The notes: a model not told the origin generated them from the letters alone. A stretch of DNA of 64,000 nucleotides from the human T2T-CHM13v2.0 reference genome, Homo sapiens (GCF_009914755.1 NC_060946.1); one strand, 5' to 3'; shown: positions 1 through 17,038, numbered from the stretch's first letter. A program made the numbers and translations.

Positions 1-218
1 GAGCAGAATGATTGGTGGTTCTCAGGGGCTGGGGGGAAGGTAGAATAGAGAATTGGGGGACAGAGTGTCACTTTGGTAACATGAAGAAGTTCTGGAGATG
101 GGTGGTGGTGAGGGTGACCCAACAATGAGGATGTACTTAATGCTACTGGCCTGTGCGCTTACACACGGTTAAGATGGTACATTTCAGCTTATGTATATTT
201 TATCACAATAAAAAATAA
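1..218 (+). mobile_element. Old L1 (L1M-type) 3' end fragment
   Basis: Typical L1M 3' UTR text (gttctggagatgggtggtggtgagggt...tacttaatgctact...tatcacaataaaaa). Confidence 0.7.
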
Positions 219-756
219 GTTAGCAACATTCAAACAAAAACATTTTAATTTAAATAGCTGCATGTGGCCATTGGCTACCATGTTGCATAGCAGCTCCAGA
301 GGCCCCCTGGAGAATGGGGCCACAGTCACTGTGGTCTCTGCTGCAAGACAGAGTGGTGAGGGCCACCAGGTCCCAGCTCTGCACCCTGCAGATTTGAATG
401 AATCCTTCCAGCAGCTGATGCTGATGGAGCACTCACGTGTGCCAGGTGCTCCCTCCCAGCCGTCTCGCTGTGTCTTCACGACAGCCCTGAATGATGGGAG
501 TCACTACTATCCCTGGGGTCAGGAGTGGGGGACAGTTCCAGAGGCACGGTCCTAGCCAGGCAGCTGCACTCAGCTCCAAACACTCATCATATTTGGTCTT
601 TGCAGAGCCCCATGTGTTAGAGCCCCCTCCCCTTTTGCTTTTTTCTAGGTTAGGAGCCAGGTCTCAAAAGACTTCACATTCAGGCCTTCACTTGATTCCA
701 GATTCTCCTGCCTAAAGTGAGAGGAGGGATGGATTGCTTTACTTTAAAATATTTCC

Positions 757-1062
757 AGCTGGGTACAGTGGCTCCCACCCGTAATCCCAGCACTTTGGGA
801 GGCTGAGGCAAGTAGATCACTTGAGCCCAGGAATTTGAGACCAGCCTGGGCAACATGGTGAAACCCTGTCTCTACAAAAAATACAAAAATTAGCCGGGCA
901 TGGTGGTGCGTGCCTGTAGTCCCAGCTACTTGGGAGGCTGAGGTGGGAGAATCGCCTCAGGGAGGATCACCTGAGCCTGGGAGGCCGAGCTGCAGTGAGC
1001 CTTGATTGCATCAGTGCACTCCAGCCTGGGTGACAGAGTGAGACCCTGTCTCAGAAGAAAAA
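757..1062 (+). mobile_element. Alu (AluJ-like)
   Basis: Alu consensus blocks gtaatcccagcacttt...gcactccagcctgggtgacagagtgagac with short A tail. Confidence 0.93.
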
Positions 1063-1141
1063 ATATGCCCCCCTTAAGTTTGTGCAAAGCATTTGCCAAC
1101 TCCTTACCCTGCCCGGAAACATCACAAGTCTTTCTCTGCAG

Positions 1142-1243
1142 TTTGCAGATGGCGTGTACCTGGTTCTGCTCATGGGCCTTCTGGAAGACTACTTTGTTCC
1201 TCTCCACCACTTCTACCTGACTCCGGAAAGCTTCGATCAGAAG
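1142..1243 (+). CDS. PARVB: Beta-parvin internal coding exon, second calponin-homology (CH2) domain: FADGVYLVLLMGLLEDYFVPLHHFYLTPESFDQK
   Basis: tttctctgcag acceptor and AAG|gtatgt donor; 102 nt, phase 0/0; recognisable parvin peptide; same size as the PARVG exon at 41741-41842. Confidence 0.96.
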
Positions 1244-4200
1244 GTATGTGCATGGTCTCCATCCTTGGTAGGGGCTCAAGAAATGCTCATTGAAATGCAG
1301 AGCATAGACTATCCCGGCAGCTCTTCCTGCAGCCTGGCTGCATTCTTCAGAAAGTAAAAAATGCACAAGTGATATTGCAATTAGATGTAACTCTCAGCAA
1401 AAGAAATAAGAAGCCCATCAGCCGTCCACAACGCATCCGAGTTTTGTTTGCCACATTTTCTTTGCGGTCTTTTCCATGGGACCGTGTAGTTTTTAATAAT
1501 TGTGATCACATCTCGGTAGAGTTGTAAACCCTTCCCCCATTCTGCTGCAGCTCCACCACCTGTGGTTTTCCCTGCTGCTTCCCAAGCTTTCCAAATACCA
1601 TCTCCAGTGGTGGCACGAAGTCCCAAGGATGGCTCTGTTACCAGCGTCTTTCCATTCCCCATTCTTGGGCAGTCAACTTGAACATGTTTCTATTGTTTTT
1701 CCCTACTGAAACAACAGAGCATCTTTTTGATACAGATTTTTTTTTTCATTCCTGTGGATTGTTTTCTTAGGAAAATTTCTCAAATAGGGTCAAATTTGGG
1801 GCATTCCTTTCAATCTGGGCTGGCCCACGCCACCCGGTCCCGCTGTCACTGCCCTCGTGCGTGGGCCTCTCCCTGCTGTCTGCCCTCTGTCCAGGGCTTC
1901 CCGCAGCCAAGCCTCTCACAGCAGTATTTAGCACATTGCCTTTAAAAACTTGGCCATGGATGGTCTATGTTGCTTTGGATTCATGGGCATCTGTCATTTT
2001 ATTTTCCCAAAGTGTTAGACCCATGAGTCAGGGAGGCAGACAATGTAAGCTGGTGGCGGCAGCCAGAGAAATAGCAGAAATGGGGCCAGTGTTTATCAAT
2101 CTGCCCACTTCTGGCACGTTGCAGTCTGTTTGCTTGTGGCCAAATGTTGTTCCTATCTTGCCTGCTGAGATGGAATCAGGACAGATTAGAGAGGTCTTGG
2201 CACATGGAGTCCATGTTGAATCGAGAGAGAGCGAGCGAGCGAGCGAGCAAGAGGGAGTGCAGAGGGAATGAGCAGAATTGTGCAGAACTCACCAGGAAAC
2301 TCACCAGATGCCTGTGCTGTCATCCTGGAAATGAAAGGTCAGACCATCCAGCGAAGAAGCGCATGCATTTCCAGGCCCCGATATGGCTGGTTGCAGACAC
2401 ATTGTTTTGGAGAGATCTTTTCTTTCTTCAAACTAGTAAGAATGCTGGCGAGAACAGTGAGTTTAGCCAGGAGACCTAGGGCTGGTTTCTTTCCAAGACA
2501 AGGCTTTGTACAAATGTCAGAGGCATCATCTCCTGGGCCCTGGCCTTCTTCCCTTTGAAACTGGGATGAAAGTCTTTGACAATTGCTGCCCTGGCCTGCG
2601 AGGCTTGAGGAGGCTTGAGTCATCTGCCTTCCCCTCTGAATCGGAGCGAGGAAGGGAAGGCTATTTTCAGGTATAGCATGCAGCACACCATTCATCCTGT
2701 TCACTCAGGAGAAAGGGAGCCTGAGGTGGCGGTGTGGCTCTGCGGGTGGCTGGAACACTCTCCTTCGGAGGATGGGAGGCTGTCAGTAGTTCCTCCTCCA
2801 GCCCCTGCCTTTTTTCCCTTTCTCCTCATGGCAGCTGCTGGCAAGGTCTTCATGAGCCCATAGTATTTATTATCTACCTTGTAGTCTTCATGAATCCTGG
2901 ACAGGTGGGTGGTCCCTGCTGTGGAGGACTCACCCACTTCAGGCTGGGCCCAACACCCGTGTACTCAAAACTGCTTGCGGATGGGATGTTGTTGGCATCC
3001 CTTGCTAATGTCTCCTGTGGGCTGAGACCCCGAGGTGCGTTTGCTCTGGCCCTGGGAATCCTGACAGCTGCTCCACATTTTTGGGAGGAGGGACTGAGGT
3101 TCAGTGAGCAAAACCAGAGATGCGTCATGAGCTGCTGTCCCCGAGGGTAGTAATGACTTATGGTTTAAAACAATTGCATTGGATTTAAAAAATATCACAC
3201 TGGACAGCTCAGAGCCTGTAGGCTCGTGCCCCATGAGCTATCTCAGAGGCATGAGTGTGGCCTTCAGTTTTTTTGTTGCAAAGCCACTGTTTGAGCCTTA
3301 CCCTGCACTGGCCACGTGCTGAGCACCTTGCACCCATTGGTCATCATTTTGGGAGACTCTGCAGGCTCCCTCTCTCTGTCCAGTGGGGTGCATCCTGGAG
3401 ACGTGGAGATCTTTCCTAGAAGAAGACACGAGTTGCTTCCCCCTCAGCATTACTGGATGAGGACAGGGAATCTCAGGAAGGCTTAGAGACCAGCCCAGGG
3501 TTGCACGGCCAGCAAGGGCAGAGCCAGGAGGGTCGACTCCTATTCCAGAACCCTCTATTCTTTCCTCACCTGGCCAAGTTGATTAAAACCTTTTGAATTG
3601 CAGAGAGAAAGGATTTCTGCCCATGTGGCTGGCTCGAAGCAGGTGTGTATATGGCCTGGTCTCTGCTGGGCCTTGGGGCCTCCTACTGCAGTCACAGCTG
3701 GGGTGAGCGGTCCCCAGGCCTCTCCGGGATCCATGTGCTGGGTATCCAGGGATCTAGGCTCAGGGGACACTTCTCTGCCTGGCATGAAAGAGGGCTGGGG
3801 GAGGAGGCATGGCCTTGAGAGATAACAGGCATGGGAGGGTGGCAATTTCCTGCCTGGCATTTCCTCAGCCTGAGAAGAAAGCAGAAGGAAAATCTCACTT
3901 CAAAACCACTTACTGTGGGGCCGAGCGGCTGCAGAGCAATGAGGCTTGGAAGGGGCTTTGCTCTCCCCTTAAACTGTTCTCTCATGGTGTAGGGGTGACC
4001 ACCTCGTCACCCGATCACACTCTCCAGCCGTCTCTGAGTGTCTCCACGTGTCATGCATCTCATCCCCAGCCCCTCCTGAGCATCCACTCCCTCAGCGTGG
4101 AAGAGGATTCCTCAGGCTTAAGAGGTGCACGGGAGAGGCACGTGAAAAGACCGGTCCAAATTGGTGCTGACTTTTACAATGGAGAAGAATCTTTTCTTAA

Positions 4201-4774
<574 letters not shown>

Positions 4775-5460
4775 GCCCCATGCCTTTTTAGGGCACCGAT
4801 GTCCTAGCCCATCTCAGCCCAGCACCACCCTCCTTTGTGAAGGAAGATGATATTCACCTCGTACAGGGCTGGGAGGGGAAAGGGAACCTGTATGGAATAC
4901 ACTGACCCCATGGTGGATGCACAGCACCCGCAGGTCGCTCCCTGCTCTCTCCTTAGGGGAACTGCGTTCTGCACCCTCCGCACGGGCCGTCCTCACTCCT
5001 CCCCCATTGCCAGTGTTTGGCCATCCTCAGGCCCAGCCCTGGTGCAGCACTCCCGCATCTCCAGGCAGGCTGTCCTGCAGGGTTGGGGTGTCTGCCATGT
5101 GGCCCAGTGTTCCCATTGGCAGTTTCTGAGTTGGCCTCTGGAGCAGGGTCTCCGTCTGCTGCACCCCCGCCCCTGGGTGGACATGGCCTGCCCTCCTGCC
5201 GGGCTGTGTCTTCCCCACTGACCCTATGACTAGCCAGACCCTCTTGCGGTTGGTGCTGGCAGGTCATTCGCCCCTTTGCTTCTCCGAGCACAGGCCGTGT
5301 GCACTGTGGAAGCTTTTCCAAAGCACCCCACACTGTTTTCCAGTGTTGTTCGTTTGATTAACTCAGGGAAGCCTCTTTTTCCTGGTTAATTATTAAATTA
5401 CATTGCAAGTAAAATTGTTCTTGTTTCTGATTCATTGGCCTCAAAATCATGAAAATATGA

Positions 5461-5857
<397 letters not shown>

Positions 5858-6320
5858 TGATGTCCCCTCCTCCCATCAGCCTTGGCTTGCGGCAGGTGGG
5901 TGGCTGGATGTAATCTGGTTCATTGCCGGCATCCCTCTGAGTGGTCTTTAAACACAGCCCAGAAGGCTTTTATTTTAAACCTGTTCAGCCATCATTAGCA
6001 GAATAAAAGCTTCAGGTACATTTGGGGGCTGAGGAGTAATAGACCCTTTAATTTCAGGGGAAGTCACGGTAGGGCGGAGGTGGCCACGTTTCTGCAGCAT
6101 CTAACAGGACCAAGGTCCTGCAGGCTGACGCTTGCAGCCACCATCGATCTGACTTCCGTTCTGACTGGTCCACTGTCCCTACTCAGTGCTAAGGCCCTCC
6201 CTCCCCTGAGGGCACCCCATCCTGCAGAGACACAGCCTCACGTGCAGGTCTTTACAGCCCTTCCTGGGGCAGTGCCAGGCCTGCGTGCCTCTGCACGGGA
6301 CTCATCCTTTCTGGGCCTCA

Positions 6321-6697
<377 letters not shown>

Positions 6698-7021
6698 TCA
6701 TCAGGTGGCTGGCATCTGGGGCAGAGCAGGCTCTTGGTGGCCGTGAGCCCTCGAGAGCAGGCCGGGCACCTCATCCTTCCATCTCTCAGCCCAGATCACT
6801 GGTGTGAGGGGTGAGAACCACCTAGTAAGCGCACATGGCCCTCCGCAGACTTCCTCACCCGTGTCTGCCCACCCTGTGGCCCGCCCCGGGCTCACTGGGT
6901 CCTTGTGGACGTCAGCGTTGCAGAGGCTTGGTCCTGTCCATGCCGGCTGTCCTCCAGCAGTGGGCCGTGTGTGGGAACGACTGTTGGACCCTAACGCTGA
7001 CCCACCCCCCTTCCTTGGCAG

Positions 7022-7094
7022 GTCCACAATGTGTCCTTCGCCTTTGAGCTGATGCTGGACGGAGGCCTCAAGAAACCCAAGGCTCGTCCTGAAG
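7022..7094 (+). CDS. PARVB: Beta-parvin penultimate coding exon: VHNVSFAFELMLDGGLKKPKARPE(D)
   Basis: ttccttggcag acceptor with a ctaac/gctgac branch-like site upstream; AAG|gtaatg donor; 73 nt; in frame with both neighbouring exons. Confidence 0.96.
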
Positions 7095-7712
7095 GTAATG
7101 CCCCTGGCTCAGGTTCCCCCGGGAGGGGTGCGCACGGAGGGGAAGAAAAACGGGTCCTAGAAGTGGCTGGAAGGCTGGCATGTTGTTCCCCAGATGGGCC
7201 CCACGTCTCTGGCTCTGGGGCAAGGGTCTGCCAACCCCAGCTCCTCAGTCTCCTCATTTTGGGAACCAGGAGGACTTCGCTGGTGGAGCTGGCAGTGCCG
7301 GTTCTTTAATAACCACTTGACTTTGAAGGACGTGGCCTCTGCCCACAGACCTCAGGATTAAGTGCGTCTCTAGCTGGCCACTCAGGCTGGAAATGCAGCT
7401 TCGTGCCCTGAGAAGATATTAAAGGCTTACTCAACTGTAATGACTGTTGGGCTGGAGGTCCCCTGATGCTCAGCCAAAGGCAGTACTTGGTAGCAGGGAC
7501 TTGGCATGCTCTGCGTGGGTCGGAGCTGGAGGCAGGAGGCCAGCAGAGCTGGGGCGGGCGGTTGCTTCCCTGTCCCCCCCCCCCCGGCTCCTGTGCCAAG
7601 TTACCTATAGGAGGACTCTCTAACCTGAGTGAGCATCACAGTTCCCCAAACACACTTCCTAGGTGTTTGGGGACAGCCAGGCTCAGCAGAACATGGGTGG
7701 CACTGCCTGTGA

Positions 7713-8440
<728 letters not shown>

Positions 8441-9069
8441 TTGTTTATTTTTTATTGTCCCTCCCTCCCCACTAGAACAGAAGCCTCAAGGGAGCAGGGC
8501 TTTGTCCCCTGCATGCCGGTGCTGAGAATGGTGCCTGGCCTGGAAACTGCTCGACAGCACGGATCAAAGCACATGTCCAGCAGGGAGTGTGGCGAGCTGC
8601 TGCCTGTAGATACCGGCCCGGCCTGGGTCTCTGGGACCCCTCGTTGCTGCTGCCCTGCAGCCCTTTTGTTGCTGTGAGGCAGGGCCATGAGGGAGTGGCT
8701 AGAGACCCGAGGGATGCTGCTTTGCCTCTCCCCAGCTGTGCATCCTTGAACAGGTTACTTTGCCTTTCTGTGCCAGGGCCTCCTCCTCTGTTGAGGGGAG
8801 TGATGATGGCACCTGCCTCCACGCGTCATGGGGTCGCTGGATGGGGGGCGGATGTTCATCACACAGGACTTGTCAGAGCCTTCACTGTTCAACTCTGCCC
8901 TGTAACTTTCCAGCAGGGCCCACGGGCAGTGCCACCACGTGCTGCTGAGCCTGACTGCTCCTGAGCACCTATTACGCTCAAGTGAGCTGCTCCCATGAGC
9001 ACTGGAAGAGGGTCCTGCCCACAGAACACACCAGGTCCCTGCTGATGGTGGCTGCTAGCTCGGCGTTAG

Positions 9070-9649
<580 letters not shown>

Positions 9650-11722
9650 TAGGAGGGTGTTTGCCCCTGAGCCCGGATGTGTTTCCTACTCATCTGCCGC
9701 TGGACGGCACGTTAGGGAACCCACCACGGACGTGTGGAAACCAGGCCAGAGGCAGAGGCACTGGTCCAGGGCAAATAGCAAGTTCTGCAGCCTCCCAGGC
9801 AGGGTCCCTTGGGTGTCCCAGGGCCTCTGTCCAGCCCAGGCAGGGGGCAGAGCTGGTCTGCAGTGCTCATTAGCACCTTCGCTGGGCCAGCACTGGGCAG
9901 GGGCCAAGCCGCAGAGATTTATGAGATGGGGTCCCTGCTGGGCCTCTTTATTTTGTGGCTGATGCAATGAATGAGAGACTTTTCCTTCTTCATTCAAAAT
10001 CAGCTGGGGAGCAAGGATCAGGAGGTAACAGAGATAAGAATGACACGGAGAATGGGGTGCAGTGGCTGCGGTCTCCCTGACACCCTCCTCTGAGCTAGGC
10101 AGACTTACCCGGGTACCCAGGGCTTGTGGGGAGGGAGGCAGTGGCTGTGGCCTCCCCTGCAGGCCTGAGACTGCCCTGTTGGTCCCCACCCGGAGGAAGC
10201 AGAGCAGTCTCACACCCCCTGCACGTGGGCGGGTCTGAAGAGCCAGGCCTGCACCTGGTTCCCTAGGCCCCCAGCAATGATGGGCATCCTGGCCCCCTGC
10301 CCCCTTGTGGGGACCTGGCGGAGACTCCAGTGGGGTCCCCGACCCTGCTCTTAAGGAGGCCCCTTGCCTGGGAGAAAGGCTTGTGGCTTGCTCCAAATTC
10401 ACAGAGCCGAGTGCGGAGCTCGATGGTGGGGTGGGTGTTTGGGGAGCACAGAGGGACTGAGGTTCATGGGTCACAGAAGGTGATTCCTATCCCTGGGCGC
10501 AGGTGCTAAGGGGTGGCTGTGGTTAGCAGGTCTGGCAGGGGTGTGAGGGTTAAGTTCTGTTTGTCCAGCGAGGCTGTCTGGAAGTTCTCAGAGCTCAGAC
10601 CTGGGGGCTGCTGCGTGGGGGCATCGGTGTCAGGCTGCTGCTCTGGTCTCCCTGTGAGTCCACCATGGGAGTGGAGTCAGAGGGGGCCAGGAGGTGATGG
10701 CCCCCACCCCTGGGAGCTCCTCTGTCCTTGCTGCCCCCCTCGCCTTGGCCACCTCCAACTCCATGGCCGCCATTCTCCCTCCCCTGCCTCCACTGGGCTG
10801 TTGGGAGCTGGGGTGGACTCTTCAGGTCAGGGGGAGACCCTGGGATCCCTGACAGAGCCCCGGGTGTGTCCCCAAGCCCACCGAGCTGAGTTCAGCCCTG
10901 CTTTTGCTCTGACAGCACACTCGTGGGCAGGTCATTTCTCCATGTGAGTCTTGGTCCTCTTTGTAAAACGAGAGGGAAGGAAAGGAGGCTGTGCAGGCTC
11001 TGATGAGGGTGTGTGAGTCGAGAAACTCCATGCCCAGTGACAAGGACAGTTGCTGATTCTTAGCATCCACCCCACCTGCTCTCTCAGTAACCGATGTCGT
11101 TTCTTACTCTTGTGATCAGGACTAAAGCACAGGGTCATCCCATGGCTGCTTTTGGATCACAGGGAGTCAGGACTCCAAGGGCCTCGAGCGTTACCTGGTC
11201 CAGGCCCATTTTACAGATGAAGGCACTGAGCCCCAAATCACGGAAGTCACTTAGAGGTCACAGAGCAAGTGAAATGAACAAGGTGTCTGATTCCCAGGAA
11301 GGTTCTTGTCCACATAAAGAAAGTGGCCCAAGACTTCCAGGGCCCCAGAGGGAGCTGTCGGGTCCATTAAGTGTTACTGGGGTTTTTGGTCCCGGTAAGT
11401 GTCATTAGCCATGTCCCCCAACCGGTTCTTAGACATGTCCTGATGCAGATCCAGGAGGGGCTGTGGGAGTGTCTCTGTTCTTGTCACCCCAGGTGCCTGT
11501 CCCCGCAGGGTGTCAGCCCGCGCCAGGAGCTCTCACACAACCTGTGTGTCTGGGGAGGCACTGCCCAGAGCGTCCTGGACATGGTGGTGGCCAGTCTTTA
11601 AGGGGAAGCGCTGTGTGTGGATGCGGCAGCTGGTGTCATGCTGGAGATGTGGCTTCTGAGAGTACCTACCGCAATGACAGGAGGATGGCACGCCTCTGAA
11701 GTTTCTCTGTTTCCTTCTGCAG

Positions 11723-11799
11723 ACGTGGTTAACTTGGACCTCAAATCCACCCTGAGGGTTCTTTACAACCTGTTCACCAAGTACAAGAACGTGGAGTGA
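11723..11799 (+). CDS. PARVB: Beta-parvin last coding exon: (D)VVNLDLKSTLRVLYNLFTKYKNVE*
   Basis: ttccttctgcag acceptor; TGA at 11797-11799; typical parvin C-terminus. Confidence 0.96.
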
Positions 11800-12314
11800 C
11801 GGGGGAGCTGTGGATGGTGGCAGGAGTGTCCCAGCAAGAAAGGCGGCATCCGTCTGTGCCCTGTGCCTTTCCAGGGAGCCAGGCGCCATGGGCTTCTGGT
11901 CCAAGCTGTGTTGACTGTCATCCCCACCCCACCCCTACCTCACGCCTGCCCCACCCCCTGCCTCTTTTGGTTGTTGTTCTTAATCTCCTCTCCATGTAGT
12001 TCCCAGTGGGCAAGAGCCTTTGAAAATGCAGGATTCTAAACACTCGTGCTTGCGTTTGAAGCCTCGCGTCACTCAGTCGCGTGGGATGATGAGTCCGTTG
12101 TTGTCTGCCTTGGCCGAAAGATGAAAAAAAGCCTGAACCCCAACCCCCAGCTGGTTGAGAGCACCCTGCATTCTGCCTCATGGTGCAGTTAGCGATCACA
12201 GGCCTTCAGAAGTACAACATCAGCTCAGCAGGAACGCCGGCTCCCCGAGGACCCAGGCTTGACGATTCACCGGGGATCTCCTGGGCTGGGCTCTCCTTGG
12301 AAGTGAGGCCTTTT

Positions 12315-12326
12315 ATTAAAAATAAA
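12315..12326 (+). terminator. PARVB: PARVB proximal poly(A) signal (ATTAAA directly followed by AATAAA)
   Basis: ttttATTAAAAATAAAagg about 520 nt after the stop codon. Confidence 0.8.
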
Positions 12327-12649
12327 AGGGTTTTGCAGTTTGAAAAACTTTAAAGTCCCAGAAGCTTAGATGTGACATGGGTGTCCTCCACCCACATTCC
12401 TATCACTTCTTGGTCACTCGTTTTAATGTAGGTTTTGCACAAACATCCAAGACTCAGGATGGCCCAGCTCCCACAGTCCTTGAAAGGAGCTGTCTGCTGG
12501 GGACGTTTCTTAATTTCTTGCTGTGGTTGAGGGGCTGGGTCTGGAGATGGCTCTAATTGTGCTGCTTGAGACAGCTTGGGTCACAGCTTTCCCCTTCAGA
12601 GGCCCTTTTTGGGAATGAATGCATCTTTGGAAACTTTAAAATGAGGGGG

Positions 12650-13590
<941 letters not shown>

Positions 13591-14159
13591 TGTACCGGGA
13601 GGATATGAAGTGTTCATGTTACTCTCCCTGTAGCCCTGAGAGCATCTCCCTTAGAGTATCCTATAAAAGGAGTCGCTGCTCACTCAGTTATGGGTTGTTC
13701 ACCCCCTCGCTCACCCCAGCTCTGCAGAGAACTGGGGATCCCATCGGCCATGCTTTCTGGGCTGGCCTCTGGTCGCAGTCAGTCCCTCGCTGTGGCGCCC
13801 CCCCCTCCCCCAGCTCCTTCCCAGGGTGATGACCCGCTGACCCCCTGGGGTGCACCTGCTGCAAAGCAGCCCCCTTCCTTGGCATCTCTCAGCATTCTCC
13901 GTAGTGAGCCTGGCCTTTCTGATCTTGTTAGCTTTTTGTCTTCCTGCCGCAGATCAGAGCTTTGGAGTAAGTTTTGATATGAAATCGAATGCCAACACCG
14001 AAGTTTTAGAAAACAGTTTAATATTCCCTCTCAGTTCCGGCTGTTGCTAGGCTGGGGATGGGTTCAGAATAGCCATTTTGATGGAGGTGATTTCCCAGCA
14101 GGGGAAAGAAATAATTAAAACAGCATTACGGTGTCTCTTGCGGGATGCAGTGACATTCA

Positions 14160-14813
<654 letters not shown>

Positions 14814-14937
14814 TCACACTCTTGTGGGTTTCAAGTCGAACAGTAAAAGGAATCATAAGATCTGTGGGGAAGCTACATGGGCACTCGTGTTTCACAACAG
14901 GGACCCTTAAAGGCGATGTTTCCAGCAAAGGATGTGA

Positions 14938-15122
14938 TTTTTTTTTTTTTTTTTTTTGAGATAAGTTCTCACTGCGTTGCCCAGGCTGGAGTGCAGTGGT
15001 CATTCACAGACACACACATAGCAGACTACAGACTACAGCCTTGAACTCCTGGGCTCAAGTGATCCACCCACTTCTGTATCCTGAGTCCCTGGAACGGCAG
15101 GTGCACACCACCGCACCCGGCT
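14938..15122 (-). mobile_element. Alu monomer / truncated AluJ
   Basis: Poly-T plus partial antisense Alu, flanked by ggatgtgat on both sides. Confidence 0.85.
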
Positions 15123-16042
15123 TGGATGTGATCTTTTGTCCACATTCTTTTCCAATTGGTTCAAAGGTGTAGGTGTGCCTTTTGCATACCTGGGAAGGGC
15201 CCCATTAGGCTCGACTCCTCATTTTTCTCCATTCACCATCAGTTTGAGTCTGAATTCATAGCATGGCCTGGACAGATGCAGCAAGGGGCCAGTTCCAAGG
15301 CAGAATTCAGGGTGAACTCGATTCCTATAGGCTTGGGATGAATGGCTGCTGGGACATGAGGCTTGGGTGTGAGATGCCCCGTCTGCTGCTGCTCTTGGTT
15401 CTTAGTTCAGAGAAATTCTGGGACCCTTCCTCCTCCCGGCACCACGTTTTCAGTGAATGGTTCTTTGAAGAGGAACCCTGGTCCATAGGAACTGAGTGAA
15501 AGCAAGGCCAAGTATGTCCACCCATGGGGACAAACGTCCCAGCACAAAGGGGTCTCAGGCCTGCAAGGCCCAAGTGGACGCTCGGACAAGGGCAGGAAGG
15601 TATTTGCTGATTCTCCTTCTCCATGTGACGTGTCTCTCAACCCACACCAGCTAGGGGAGCCTCCCGCAGCTTCAGTTCCCCTTTGACGCCCACACAGTGT
15701 TATGCAAGCACCGAGCCCAGAGTCCCGCTGGGCCGTGGTGTCCTAATTGTCTTGGTGACAAAGAGCAATTTTATTTTAAAGCAACTGAATCCTTTCCCCC
15801 TGTTTTGTGTGCCAGTATTTTACTGTCTTCTTAATTGTTTTAAGCAATGTTTACTTTGGATTTCTGGATGTTATATAAAAGCCACGAAAACCCTGGCCAT
15901 GCTGTTTGTCAGGCCCACCTGGCTGAGTGCAGGAAGCAAGCGCTTTTCAGGAGCTCACTGCAACACCGGGCAAACACTTCTTCCGCCAGGGATGCGGTTA
16001 GGACAATGCCACGTGGCGTCACAGTATGCTGTTATTTATTCC

Positions 16043-16048
16043 AATAAA
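16043..16048 (+). terminator. PARVB: PARVB distal poly(A) signal (long 3' UTR isoform)
   Basis: U-rich upstream (gttatttattcc), AATAAA, then GU-rich gtctttgtttggctgctgtttt at ~16077-16097. Confidence 0.65.
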
Positions 16049-16118
16049 GACCTCGTGAGCATGGGCCTGTCCACCGTCTTTGTTTGGCTGCTGTTTTAAT
16101 CTTTCATGCATTTAGCAG

Positions 16119-16313
16119 TCATGGATGGTGCCAGCGAAGGAACAGGTGCCAGGGCGTTGTGACTCCACCCAGCGCTGCTTCCCGGGACCTTCCAATTGGA
16201 CAGGAGCTGGGGGAAGAGCTGGTTCACAGCCCTTTGTGGGGGATGGGACTTTGGGAACCCCAAACTTCTGCTGGGACCACAAGGAGAAGAGGGCAGCAGA
16301 GTCACAGCTGCAG
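16119..16313 (+). other. PARVG: Candidate PARVG upstream alternative exon (5' boundary uncertain)
   Basis: Consensus donor CAG|gtgagt at 16313/16314; ATG at 16125 open to the donor; possible acceptor tttagcag at 16111-16118. Confidence 0.5.
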
Positions 16314-16838
16314 GTGAGTAATAAAGGCTCATCTGCCCCTCTGCCTGGGTCCAGACCATACGTGCACAAAGCTAGCGGCCAGGGGCACAGGCTGCATGAC
16401 ACATGGAGGTGGTCTCCTTACTTTTCATGATGTGACGTCACTGGGCCTTGCATGCTGACCAGTAAGTGACCGCTGTTGACTCTGAAAGGCAAGGAACCCC
16501 TGTGTGGCGGAGATGGTGGCCTGCCCTCCGTGCTGGCCCTGCCATAAACTCTCCTTGGCACAGGTCATAGCAGGTTTCAGGCGCGTCAAATTTTACGAAA
16601 TGATGATAAAATTGTGACTAGTCCAGGATGGATAGCCTGGAGAGAAAGGCAACCACGCTATTAAAAAAAAATAAGCTAAAAATTATAAACTGTGGATGGA
16701 AGGAATCTGGGCTTTGGAGAAGTGCCTGGGTTTGTGTCCAGGTTTGTCACTGTGTGACCGTGATTGCGGGGAGCGAAGTAATCCACACCTTCCAGCTGAG
16801 GGTTCTGAGGGACAAATTCAACCTCCTTCTTTCAAAGT

Positions 16839-17038
16839 CAGCCATTGTCAGCAGAGAGGGAGGTTCTGCCCCTTGGGGGATCTTTGGCAATGTCTGGAGA
16901 CAGTTTGGGTTCTGGGCAGGTAGCTGGTGGGGCCCGGGTTACAGCTTAACATCCCACAGTGCACGGGACAGGCTCCCTTCTCCCCAGCAAAGAATCACCG
17001 GGCCCCCCTGTGCACTGTGCTGAGGTTGGGAAGCCCTG
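16839..17038 (+). mobile_element. MER20-like hAT DNA transposon
   Basis: tttggcaatgtctggagacagttt...cagtgcacgggacagg...aaagaat...tgctgaggttgggaagccctg resembles the MER20 consensus. Confidence 0.75.

Noticed and set aside
9686-10474. 262-aa minus-strand ORF (also 44140-44835, 50102-50758 and 24436-24996)
   Set aside because: No recognisable domain; GC-rich or low-complexity chance ORFs, several starting at non-ATG codons.
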